From: Podarcis bocagei
Lineage: Eukaryota
Reading direction: 5' to 3' (one strand)
Assembly: GCA_964188305.1 (NCBI GenBank)
Contig: OZ076898.1
Length of the DNA stretch: 64,000 bases
Position numbers and translations under genes: made by a program. Shown piece by piece: positions 12,914-25,110 of the stretch. The notes below the pieces were generated by a model. It did not search any database. It worked only from the letters and a program-made list of their open reading frames with translations, and was not told the origin of the DNA. Numbering within the stretch: position 1 is the first letter of the stretch; each line of letters starts with the position of its first letter.

Positions 12914-14603
12914 GGAATTATAGCAAGTGGAGAAAAATAAATGCATTAAGGATGCTGGGTGAGGTGAAACCAACACATTAAGTCCACTGTATCTGCGACT
13001 GGTTTCATTTAGTGCCCACCTCTGCACTTCACTCACTTGTCTATTCTGACTAATAATTGGCCCATGGAGGATAAAATGAGGGCAGGATGAGCTCCTAACA
13101 TCTGACTCAGCATAGTGACATCTGGCCAAACCAACAGCTGAAATCCTGGTGTTCTACTGGCTGGTGTTTGGGGAACTTGACATGTTTTTCCTGGATAAAA
13201 TGGCCCTTCCCGTTCTTCTACATTTTCAATTTAAAGCTTGCTGCTGGGAAGAGTCATTTCTTTGGCCAAATCATACAGCGTTCTCCCTGGGTCAAACATC
13301 ACCCCTGCTTATGTGGAATGAAGAGGGCGGAGAGCATTGACTGATTAATGGATGGAAAGATTAAAGACATTGGTTTTCTTAGATAATGTGCATCCTATGA
13401 ATCTCTGTCCAAATGCTTGAATGACGAAGATGTATGACTTTGCCAAGTTGTTCTTGTTTTCCTTGACCCTCACCAGAGCCTCAACCCTTCCTCTTCAAGA
13501 CCCCAATATCTCTCTTCCAGGGGTTAAAATGTTGCTCTCCAATGACCTGTGGGACCCTCCCAACTCACAGCACTGCCAAAATTCAGTAAATGTAATAATG
13601 GAAGGAAAGGGCATTGCTGATATGTTTATGTTGTCACAGGGGATGTGTCTGGATTGGGCAGGTGTTGAATATGCTGGAGAAAAGTGAGGTATTGAAAGGC
13701 AGGAATGTGTAGAAGATGGTCTGTTATTCAAAGCCCTTGTTTAGGTTGGGAGGCCATAATAGCAAGCAGGGAAGATGTAGGTGGTGCTTATGGGAGTTGC
13801 CATGGAAGAGGTAACCTCCTGCTTAGGGTTGTGACTTTTTCTTGAGGTGATCTGCCTTCCCATTCAGAGGCTTCCAAGGGTTTCATACCATGGGGTGTCT
13901 TTAATCTAACCTGTAACTTTCTTGGTCAACTTCACACAGCTAATGAAAGAAGCATGTATTGTGGCACATAGCATGATAATTCTAAGGCATACCTGTGCAA
14001 AGATGCTGTTCTGCCCTCTCCTCCAAAGATTCCAATGACCTGCAGCTCAGACAGAGCTCTGGCTGCCAAAACCTAAACCATTGGCATCCAAAAAGCAGCA
14101 GATGGGCCTTCCCACTGGTTGACAGGAGCTCTGTCAAAACAGTGCAGCACAGAGGGTTAGCAACTAGCAACCCAGACACCATATGCAGCCCCCTGAGGCG
14201 AGCCATTTGCTCACCTATAGTTGCTCCACAAGCTCTGATCTTGAGGGGATGAGAACGTGGGAAATATGCAGGCAGGAGAGAGAATGGTTTCCTTCTACAA
14301 ATCCAATGGCTTCTCGCTTTCCTTCTCCTCCTAACTCTGAGCTAATTCATGTAGCAAGGTGCATGGGGTGGCAGGAAGAAGCAGTGTGAGTGTATTTGTG
14401 CACAGGTGAGCATGTTTACACACAGGTGAGGAACAGCTTAGTTTGTTTTCAGGCCAACTGGGGAGGGAGGCTTGATTCTATGCTACTCCCTCTGTCCTGC
14501 CACCAAAGTGGCTCATCACCTCATTCCCTTTTTAAGCCTCCCTTTGCCTGTTCTTTCCTTCCTCTCCCAACCACTTCCAGGGGGAACGTAGAGGCCCTGC
14601 GAG

Positions 14604-15002
14604 ATGAGCCTGCCCCCGGGCACCCCCGCTGCTAGGATGCTCTTTGTTATGGCTCTGGCCTGTGCCAGCCCCTTCTTGGACCTGCGGCGGCGGACCATCA
14701 ACATCCCCATCATTTTCAGTGGCTCCACCTACACGCAAGAGAGTGCCCGGTTCTCGCCTGAGGACTTCCGCAACTTCTCAATGGAGATCAACCCCATCCC
14801 TGTGGTTCTGAATGATACCAACCCGCGCAGCCTCATTGTGCGGCTCTGTGATGTTCTCTCCTCCCTGCACATCCACGGTGTGGTTTTTGAGGATGATACA
14901 CGTACAGAGGCTGTGGCCCAGATCCTGGACTTCATCTCAGCACAGACCTCTGTTCCCATCATTGGCATCAACGGAGGATCAGCCATTGTTCTTACACCCA
15001 AG
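14604..15002 (+). CDS. GRIN2D: GluN2D coding exon 1 (signal peptide, start of ATD)
   Basis: Acceptor ccacttccag at 14580, ATG at 14604 (second in-frame ATG at 14637). MSLPPGTPAARMLFVMALACASP...GGSAIVLTPK, donor AAG|gtaaag, phase 0. Confidence 0.93.
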
Positions 15003-15608
15003 GTAAAGTGATTTATTCTGACTATGTTCACGCTCATATCCTGTGTTTTTCTCTGCCCAGATTATGTATAACTATTTTAAATTCTGCACTTCATAAAATT
15101 ATACAACCTGAATCTATTACAAACATTTACTCACTGATGCTAATCTGCTTAATTTGCATACAGATAGTGCAGAACTTGCCTTTATCTTAGTGCAGAATTT
15201 TGGATACTTTGATCAAGATTTTTTTTTCATTAAGTGCAAGGCAGGCACTTAATTGAGGGGCTTTGGTGTAGGGACACTGGGAGGGCTGAAGATAACAATA
15301 GATATGTCACACAAGCTCATACTATGACCCCTTTTTCAAGGTTAGATGGGCATCAGCAGTTCAGAGAGGAGGACAATTTCAGCATAATGATTTTCTGCAT
15401 GCAAGCACTTTTGGAATTATTTGTATGGTGTACAGAGGTGGAAAATGTTTTGCTGGAACTAAAACCCAACCTTTATTCCCCAACTAAAACTATTCTGAAA
15501 GCTCTCCCATGACAGGAGAGAGGTAGAAATCAGAGAGTAGACCTATAATGGGATGGCAAATAGGTAGCACTTATCACCTTTGTGTCTTTTGCTCCCTCCT
15601 AAATCCAG

Positions 15609-16201
15609 GAGAAAGGATCAACCTTTCTACAATTAGGTTCCTCGACCAAACAGCAATTGCAAGTGATGTTTGAGGTCCTGGAACAGTACGATTGGACGGC
15701 ATTTGCTGTCATCACGACACTGTTTCCCGGCTATGAAGACTTTGTAGATTACATTGAGGTCCTGACTGACAGCAGTTTCATTGGTTGGGAGCGCCGCAGC
15801 ACTGTGACCCTTAATCTCACTGATGACCCAGACGGGGCCCGCCTCAAACGCCAGCTCCGGGAAATAAATGCCCGCATCTGCCTTCTCTACTGCTCCCGTG
15901 AAGAAGCAGAAAGCATCTTCCGTGCAGCCCGTGAAGTGAAGCTCACAGGCCCCGGGTATATCTGGTTCATGGCAGGTGCCAACTTTGGTAGAACTGAGTA
16001 CATGCCGGAGGAACTTCCCGAGGGTCTCTTCATGGTGCTTTCAGCAGGATGGAAAGATGATCTCTACCACAGGGTTCAAAATGGTGTAGCCATCATTGCC
16101 AAGGGGGCAGAGGCCCTATTCCAAGTCTACGGCTCAGTTCCAAAATTCAACAATGATTGCCGGGCACCCAATCTCACCCAGATCAACGAGAACCTGCATC
16201 G
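15609..16201 (+). CDS. GRIN2D: GluN2D coding exon 2 (ATD)
   Basis: atccag|GAG AAA GGA; EKGSTFLQLGSS...NENLHR; donor CG|gtcagc, phase 2. Confidence 0.95.
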
Positions 16202-16959
16202 GTCAGCAGGGAAAGAGGCTGGGGGGATTTTGCCTGGAAGGGGGGTGGAATCAAGAGCAAAAGAAAGTGCTGTTGTCCACAAGGGATGTATAGCTTATCG
16301 CCATACCCTCCTCCCCTCCCATTCCTTTCTTCATTTGCAAATCTGTTCCTCAAAGCATGCTTCCTACATTCCTAACTTGTTCCTCTTCACATCCATTTCA
16401 GCCATTTTGACTTTCGCCTTGCTTCCTTATCTCCATTTCTCATGAGTCCTTATGCGCCACTGGGCGCAGGAGTGAAATGCCAGGCTGAGCATGAGGAGGA
16501 GAGAGAACAGGGGGTGACATGGCAGGGGGCTGAGACCGGGGTGGGCGGGATGACAAAGGCAGGAGGAGGCAGGTACTTCTCCCAGGATATGGCTGCTCCA
16601 GATGAGAAAGCCGGACTCCTACGTCCCTTCCTGGGAAAAGGAGCACAACGATTGAATCTGGGAAGAGTGTTAGCCAACCCACTAGTGGTAGAGAAACCTG
16701 AGTCAGACGGGGAGGGCATAGCCTGGTCACTGAAGACCCAGCAGCACTGCTGTCACTGGGGAAAGGGAAATCCTCCCCTATGCAGTGAGCATCTGCACAC
16801 CCAACAGTTCTGCAAGGACACCTCTTCCTTACTTTCAAGTAAGAGCCTCTGTCTTCATCTGAGCAGGAACCAGGGATTCATGAATCCCTATATATCCACT
16901 CACCCTATGCACCAACATCCAGCCAGTGCTGGATTTACACAAAAGCTATATATCTATTT

Positions 16960-17092
16960 CATTACATTTATATACCATCTTTATATTCCAAGGATTGGCC
17001 CAAGGTCGCCAGTGAACTTCATGGCTGAGTGGGGATTTGAACCTTCGTCTTCCGGGTTATAGTCCAGCACTCTAACCATTACACCACACTGG
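16960..17092 (-). mobile_element. Squam3-like SINE, internally deleted
   Basis: ggcccaaggtcgccagtgaacttcatggctgagtggggatttgaacc...tagtccagcactctaaccattacaccacactgg, with tRNA A/B boxes on the minus strand. Confidence 0.7.
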
Positions 17093-17883
17093 TTAATCTA
17101 CAGTTAAGGTCGGGTTTAGGGCCTCGCATTGTGAGGGTCTCCAAATACAACCCCCCAATTTCAATGACTCTGCCTTTAAAAACCCCCATAAATGGTTTAA
17201 TTTTTATGTCCCATGCACAACACACACAACACATGTTGTTTGGCTCTTCCATTTAGAAAGGGCTAAACAGTGTGTGTGTGACCACTCTTGCTATGTCAGA
17301 AAGCAGAAGGTGTTTTCATTTAAATAAATTTCATATGCAAATAGGCTTCTTGCAAGATAGATGATTAGTTTTCAGTTGTAACCTTGCCTATGTACGGGTT
17401 ATATATGCAAATATAAAAGTTTATTACTTTTATTTTCATTGTCCTTTCTGTTAGAATAATACACAGTATTATGGGGCCTTTTAAACTTGACATAGCATAG
17501 GCTTCCAGCATGTCTTTAATCTGGCCTGCAGCCAGCTCTTTCAGTGGCTCTGCTTCCCACTAATTGCATACCATCCCTTCCTACCATCTCCCCATAATGC
17601 CAGTTACACCCCACACCTCATCCATATTTACCTACCTTCGCACACCATCCACCCTCACTCAATACCCTGCCTCCCCTTTCAAAATGGGCCTGATTCCAAA
17701 AGGGCTTTTCCCTTCTCGATTTTCAAGTCCTGATCCACAGCTGCATCTGAAATACTAGACAAGTGCCCTGTGGGTCAGGCTTGAGGGGGATGGCAAAATG
17801 AGGGGGAGTGAAGCTGCGATGGCAGCATATGGAAAGTGGGCTCTAGACTGACACTGAAGAGCTTCCATCATGCCTCTTCGCAG

Positions 17884-17998
17884 GTACTTCATGAATGTTA
17901 CCTGGGGTGAGAAGGATTTCTCCTTTAATGAGGATGGGTACCTCATCAATCCATCCTTGGCTGTGATCTCCCTCAGCAAAAACCGAACCTGGGAGGTG
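17884..17998 (+). CDS. GRIN2D: GluN2D coding exon 3 (ATD end)
   Basis: tcgcag|G TAC TTC; [38 protein letters not shown]; donor GTG|gtgagt; 115 nt. Confidence 0.96.
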
Positions 17999-19429
17999 GT
18001 GAGTTTGAGGGAGGTTTGGGGGGAAGGTGGTTGGGTTGGGGAGGAAGGTTGATGAGTCAAGGGGAGGGGGTGAAAAAAACGTTTGGACAGGTCGTAATCC
18101 GAAGTCCATGTGAGTTGGTGGAATTGTGGCAAGGTTGATGTTTGGGGAAGGTGAACTGTTATCATGGGGTAATTATGGGACAAGTGTGAATTCGGGAGAT
18201 GGCGTGTGTTTGGAGAACTGTCCAAGGGCTATAAACAGAAAGAGCTGAGAGGGTGCTGAGTCTTAAGCCCCTGCTATAAGGCACAGCCGTTCACATCCCA
18301 ACACCCTACAGAAAGTCTCTCACAGTCCTGATGGCACCATGAAACAGTCAGAGATCGCAAGTGCCCAACAAAAAAGCAGCCAGAGGAGCAAAGTAATGTA
18401 AATTTCTTACACAAGCATATCAAGCCAAACCCTACAGGGAAAGGCAACCAATCTGGCAGGGGTGGTGGATTCATTCCTGAATCTCATTTTGGCAATTGCT
18501 AAGCCCTTGGCTGTGAGCAAAGCCCATCCACCGAGTGCTCACACAAGGTATCTATTTGGCTAATTTTGTTTAATTAAAAGTATTTATAAGTTGCATATTT
18601 TACACATGTCCTCCCAAAGTAAGAACATCAAAAGAAACGATACAGAAACAATAGCTATGTGGGCACATGATGCTACTAAAGAAAGCTGCTCTGGTTAAGT
18701 CATCAAAGCCTTAGTTGAGGGTCGTAGTCAAGGAAAAGGTCTAGAGGGCTTCCTTAAAAGCCTGAACAAGGTGTAAGCCATTTGGAAAGTGAGTTCCACA
18801 GCTGTGGGCCACCACCAAAAAAGCCCTGTCTTGTGCTCGCCAGCTTCACTGATTTTCCCAGTGAAGCAACACCTCCCTAACCTATCAAAATATATCCTAG
18901 TTTTTAACTAATTTTAACTAGTTTGTTTTTATCACTCTGTATTTTATCACTGATGTTTTTTAAATTTTGTAAGCCACCTTGTATTCCAACTTGGGAGAAA
19001 GATGGGATATAAATATCAAATAAACAAAATATAGGCAAGATCATCTGAGATATGGTATTGGCTACCCAATATCCTGACTCCATGCTGGTCATGGATGTCC
19101 TCAATGGATGTAGGAAGCAGAGGAATAATGTGAATGGAGGATGTGATTTTTAAGACAAGAGTTTGTATTTCTTTCATGTTGTAAGCCACCTTAGCATGGT
19201 TTGAAGTGGCATACAAATTAAATTATGTATGTATGTTTGCATGTACAGTATGTCTGATGTGAAGACTCAGAAGTTGGTGCAATCCTGGAGATGTTAGTTG
19301 TGGGAGGGGGCTTTCAAAACTGAGTTTCTTGAATATGGCATAAATTTGGGACCAACACTGGTGGGCTGGCAAGAGTCTGGAGAAAGGTTTGGGGTGTATC
19401 TAACCTCTTCTCTATGCCCCGGGAGGCAG

Positions 19430-19626
19430 GTGGGAAGGTGGGAGCGCAGAATCCTGAGCATGTCACGCTACAGAAAATTCCTGCAACCTGTGGATGACAA
19501 CAAGCACCTCATGGTGGCAACACTGGAGGAAAGGCCCTTCGTTATTGTCGACAACATTGATCCAGCCACAAAGACCTGCATTCGTGATTCAGTTCCCTGC
19601 CGCCACCCACTCAACCATACCAACAG
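19430..19626 (+). CDS. GRIN2D: GluN2D coding exon 4 (ATD-LBD linker, start of S1)
   Basis: ggcag|GTG GGA AGG TGG; [40 protein letters not shown]...LNHTN; donor AG|gtattc, phase 2. Confidence 0.94.
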
Positions 19627-19789
19627 GTATTCCTGAGATGCTGGCCAAGTTTACCACAGCTGAGTTCAGTGTTATCAATTTTACATTTAGATCTTTCTCT
19701 TCTTCAGGAAAGTTCAGAGTGGCTTGTGTAGGCCTCCCAGTGGACACCCATCCAAGCACCAATCAATCCCATGCTTGCTTATTTATTAC

Positions 19790-19846
19790 TTAACCCATTA
19801 ATATTGCCCCATTCCTCCAAGGATCTCAAAGTGGCACACATAGTTT

Positions 19847-19906
<60 letters not shown>

Positions 19907-20030
19907 AGCTTTGCTATGAGGGTAGGTTAGTGAATGGCCTAAAATCAGCAAGTGAGTTTCATGGCTGACAGGGGATTTGAACCTGGGCCGCTACAGACCT
20001 AGTCCACTATAACCACTACGTCATGCTGGC
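19790..20030 (-). mobile_element. Squam3-like SINE containing a (TTTC)n microsatellite (about 19847-19905)
   Basis: cctccaaggatctcaaagtggc...gagtttcatggctgacaggggatttgaacctggg...tagtccactataaccactac. Confidence 0.7.
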
Positions 20031-20104
20031 TCTGTGTTTACCTTCCACAGTGCTCCTAAACCACTTGCTGAGTTCCTTTCCCTCCCTCCTTGTGCTGTTC
20101 ACAG

Positions 20105-20258
20105 CCATCAAATGGTAAAGAGCTGCTGCAAAGGATTTTGCATCGACATCCTGAAGCGTCTGGCTAAGACTCTGGGTTTCACCTACGATCTCTATCTTGT
20201 CACCAATGGCAAGCATGGCAAGATAGTCAACGGCATGTGGAACGGCATGATTGGAGAG
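20105..20258 (+). CDS. GRIN2D: GluN2D coding exon 5 (S1); alternative in-frame start possible at 20051
   Basis: ttcacag|C CAT CAA; [20 protein letters not shown]...GKHGK...WNGMIGE; donor GAG|gtaact. Confidence 0.9.
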
Positions 20259-20707
20259 GTAACTTCATCCCCTCCCCAAGGAACTGGGTGGTCTGGGCTC
20301 ACGCACAACTTCTTAGGACTCTCTGCATTTTGTTCCTCTTAAAAGAACCCAGGAATTCTGGTTTCCCACCCACACATGTGTGACTCTCAACTCCACTTGA
20401 GAGGACCCACACGTCCTGCTGCAGGCTGTTTGGATTGTATCCTTGAAGTAAAGGACTATTGAATAGTGCACCGACATAAATAGTAGGGTTAATCTGCTTC
20501 AAAGGTTATGGGAGGGTTGCCCTAGGCAATATAGCTCTGCCCATTCCTGGATCTGATAGGCAAACAGAATTTTACATCCTGTCTCCAGGGCTCAGGGTGG
20601 GTACCACTGTTTACTCAGAAATACTGGACCCTCCCCTTCCTTTCCAGAAAACCCAGGATTGCTGGCTATTTGTACTTTATCCATCTCTCTCTGTGTGTGT
20701 CTCTCAG

Positions 20708-20861
20708 GTGTATTACAAGCGAGCTGACATGGCGATTGGATCCCTGACCATCAATGCGGAGAGAGCTGAAGTCATAGATTTTTCTGTGCCCTTTGTCGAG
20801 ACAGGAATCAGTGTGATGGTGTCTCGTAGCAATGGAACTGTTTCACCTTCTGCCTTCCTAG
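20708..20861 (+). CDS. GRIN2D: GluN2D coding exon 6 (S1 ligand-binding segment)
   Basis: ctctcag|GTG; [51 protein letters not shown]; donor G|gtgaat; 154 nt. Confidence 0.96.
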
Positions 20862-21751
20862 GTGAATACCCAGCCCTGGGATGGGTCAAAGTAAAAAGCA
20901 GGAGGGAGCGTTGGCATGAGATGTGGAAGGAGTCTTCCAGGTAGTCTGGTTTCAAAGCAGGGTTCATTATAGTAGAGAAGTGAGAAGTCCTAATCTTCCC
21001 CCATCCTGTCATCTATTGGATCTAAGTAGTTGTGTACCCAATCTTGGGGAAACAGCCCCACTAAGGACCTGCTTTATTGCTGAGGTAGAGTTTTGAATTT
21101 TTTAGTGTCAATTTTATTTTAGCATTTTTAACCCACCATTTATGCTGGAAAGGTGGGGTATAGATAAAATAGAAAAATGTTTAAAACAATTGTTAAAATG
21201 GACATACAAAATGATGACCTTTGGCTGAAGGAAAATGGCCTGAGAAAAGCCATAAGCAGAGAAAGAGAGAGAAAGAAAAGAAAACTTGCCCATTTGTGGG
21301 TATCAAGTGGGCAGCTGCCAATATGTATCAATGGGAGTTACATAACTGCAGTTAACACAGTACTTAGAATCACAATGGAAGTACCAGCAGACAGGTTTTT
21401 CCAAATCCTGGGAAAAGACAATTTCACCCAAATTGACTCACATTAACAAATGTGCAGTTTTCAAGGAAGACATTTTGATCTTTCAGATCAAAATAATAGC
21501 TTTATTTTTTTGCCATGGAGGGACTTGTGTAGCACCCTCCCAAAGCCACTATTCCCTCAAGGATGGTGATAATGGTAGATCCATTTTTTTTTCCTGCTTT
21601 GGGGTTCATCTGCATCATACTCTTAAATCAATTCTGACAGACTATCTCAGAGTCTCCACATGACCACAACTCACACAGCTCCTCAGGAAAAGCCAATTTA
21701 AAGAGGCGGCCTTAAATTACACCATTTTTAAAAGTGTTACTCGTGATTTAG

Positions 21752-22690
<939 letters not shown>

Positions 22691-24352
22691 GTTCCACTCC
22701 CTCCCTCCCATCATATCTATCCCTACCAGACAAAATTCCCCATTCATTCCTTTGCCACAGCTCTCGTTTTATTTCCCCTTTCATTTTCTTTTCCATCACC
22801 AAAAACAACATGCCAGGCACAATGTTTTCCTTCAGACCAGATTAAACATATCCCCATTTCCACTAATATAAAAAAATTAAGTGACCACCACTGCTTCACC
22901 AGTGTTTGACAAATGATGAAAGGGAAGCAAGGAAAACCATGAGATGTGTGTATAATCATGGCCACATGTTAAACCAAAACCAAACAACTCTAAAATCAAA
23001 AAGATGTGTACCTTTGCTACACTTTAACACAAAAGAGTAAAGTTGAGCCTCTGTTATTCACTGTACACATTTCCATCAAATCACTTTTAGAAGCCATGGT
23101 CCTACAGTGTCTGCTTGCAGTGCCTTAGATCTCAGCTGTCTTGACTTCACTTGCATAGTCTTGCAAGGGCATTCTTTTTTGACTGAGCAGCTCAGGTTTT
23201 GCAAGGTTTATTTTAAATTGCTTGGGGAGGAGCAACCTGGCTGTGACCACTGCAAACTCAGCAACTGGAAAGTTTTGCTTTCGGTGCCAATAGTGCTGTT
23301 GGGGAAATGTCAGTGAAGGTGAAACTGCCCAGAACAAAGGCAAAGCCAGAAGATCAGACAGGCAGGCAGGCAATTGCACATCTTTGTCTCCTACTCCAAA
23401 GTACCAGACCTGACACTGAAAAGCCTCTGAATCCTAGGGAGCTCTTAGTAAGGATCTGGCTGAAACCCACATACCAAGTCTGTGCATTCGTATTACAGTT
23501 CACATTATCTAGCATGAGCTCACCGCCACTAATCTATAGCTCTTCCTCTGGAAAAAGTGCTAGCAGAGCCCTGTAGATTACCCACCTGCAGAGCAGGAGA
23601 GCTATTCACGTTGATGCACTCATGGCACACTTATCATTTTTAGAAACTAACGGTGGCACTGAGAACAGATTCTAGCTCTTACCTTCAGTCCTAATTGCTG
23701 TTTAATTTTAAAATGTTACACTTGCTTGTGCTGATAGGCTTCTGGTAGGCAATGTTTACTTTCAGAAAAGCCACACATACCCACAATCAGGCCAGATCCA
23801 TCACACTCCCCTTAAGACAACTGCAACAGGAAATATGTGGGTGTGCCTGTGCATGCATACATGCATGTGGTCAAGATTAAAGGGTGGCTGACCTAAGCAG
23901 TGGAACTCATACCCTTGGTAGCTCCACATAGCCCTCCACTGGGATACTTTGCTGGTGCCCAGCATGCATGGTGTGTATTTATAAACCAGAACGTGGCTGA
24001 TTATCCCCTGACAATTAGCCCCTGACGAACAACCACAGCTGTGGGGAAGGAGGGGCCACACAAACCGGACCAGCTGTGGCAAGGCAGCCTCACTCCAATT
24101 GAATCCCTTTCGTTAAGAACTAACGAGCTGGGATGTAATTAATGGGCGTAATTAACGTCCAACATGAAACACAATCGCAGATAAATATTAAACAGCTCAG
24201 ATTAACCAACTCGTACTGAGTAGGGAGCAGTTTGAGGGAGAGGGTAAAAGAAGAAAATCCAGGCAGAGGAAAAGAATAAGTGTTTCTATAGTGGAATCAT
24301 AGTAACATCTATTCAGAAGTCCCACTGAATTCAAATGGACCTTACGCCCAGG

Positions 24353-24778
24353 TAGGGATGGGGGAGAAATTTGATTCAATTCACCTTTAAAGATGAACTT
24401 CACATTTTCTGAAACAGTATATGAGCTGAAACATAGCTGTCCTTCAGACTTACCTACATTTTGCACTGCAGTTCTCCAGTAAGGTAATATGTACAAACAT
24501 GTATATACAATGGTAACATTTGCATATAAATGCATATATTAATGAACACAACATACAAAAATGCATCATAGTAGGGGAAACTGTTTTCCAAAATGTGTAT
24601 ATTAGGCAAAACTGCATATAAAAATGTGTATCAAAGGAGAAATTCACACAAAAATGGTGACAGATTTTCACTAGGTCTTTTTTTTAAAAAAAAATTCAGC
24701 TGATATAACCCTAACATAAGATTGGAAAAGTGAGAAACTAAGAGAAACCAAAACTGATATATTTGCCACCCATCCCTA
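24353..24778. mobile_element. Non-autonomous DNA transposon (hAT-like TIRs) nested in an older short repeat
   Basis: TIRs TAGGGATGGG / CCCATCCCTA with an AT-rich interior; TSD not clearly preserved. Confidence 0.55.
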
Positions 24779-24829
24779 GTCTCAGATTAAATAGCAATGC
24801 AGCCTTAGTCTTGTGAAATTCAAGAGAGG

Positions 24830-25110
24830 GAGCCATGCTATCAGGTTGCAACAAACACAACCAAAAGCCTTGTGACACCTTAAAAACTAACAGATTAATT
24901 GCGGCATCAACTTCTCTGGACAAAAACCCACTTAACACGGCGACCCCCTCTGGACTTTGCCATTAGAGAAGGCACTGCATTTAGCCATCAAAAGTGGAAA
25001 GCCTCATTCTGTGCATCTGACAAAGCAGGTTTGAGCCTATGAAAGCTTCCTGTACAATAAATGAACATGTCTTAAAATGCTACAAGACTCTCGTTTTGTT
25101 TCTAGCTGTA
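24830..25110. mobile_element. Two Penelope-like terminal fragments in opposite orientation
   Basis: ...ccttgtgacaccttaaaaactaacagatt... followed by gcatctgacaaagcagg...gaaagctt...tcttaaaatgctacaagactc, the latter resembling the reverse complement of the former. Confidence 0.4.

Noticed and set aside
16442-17062. 206-aa intronic ORF
   Set aside because: No recognisable homology, and it runs into a SINE.
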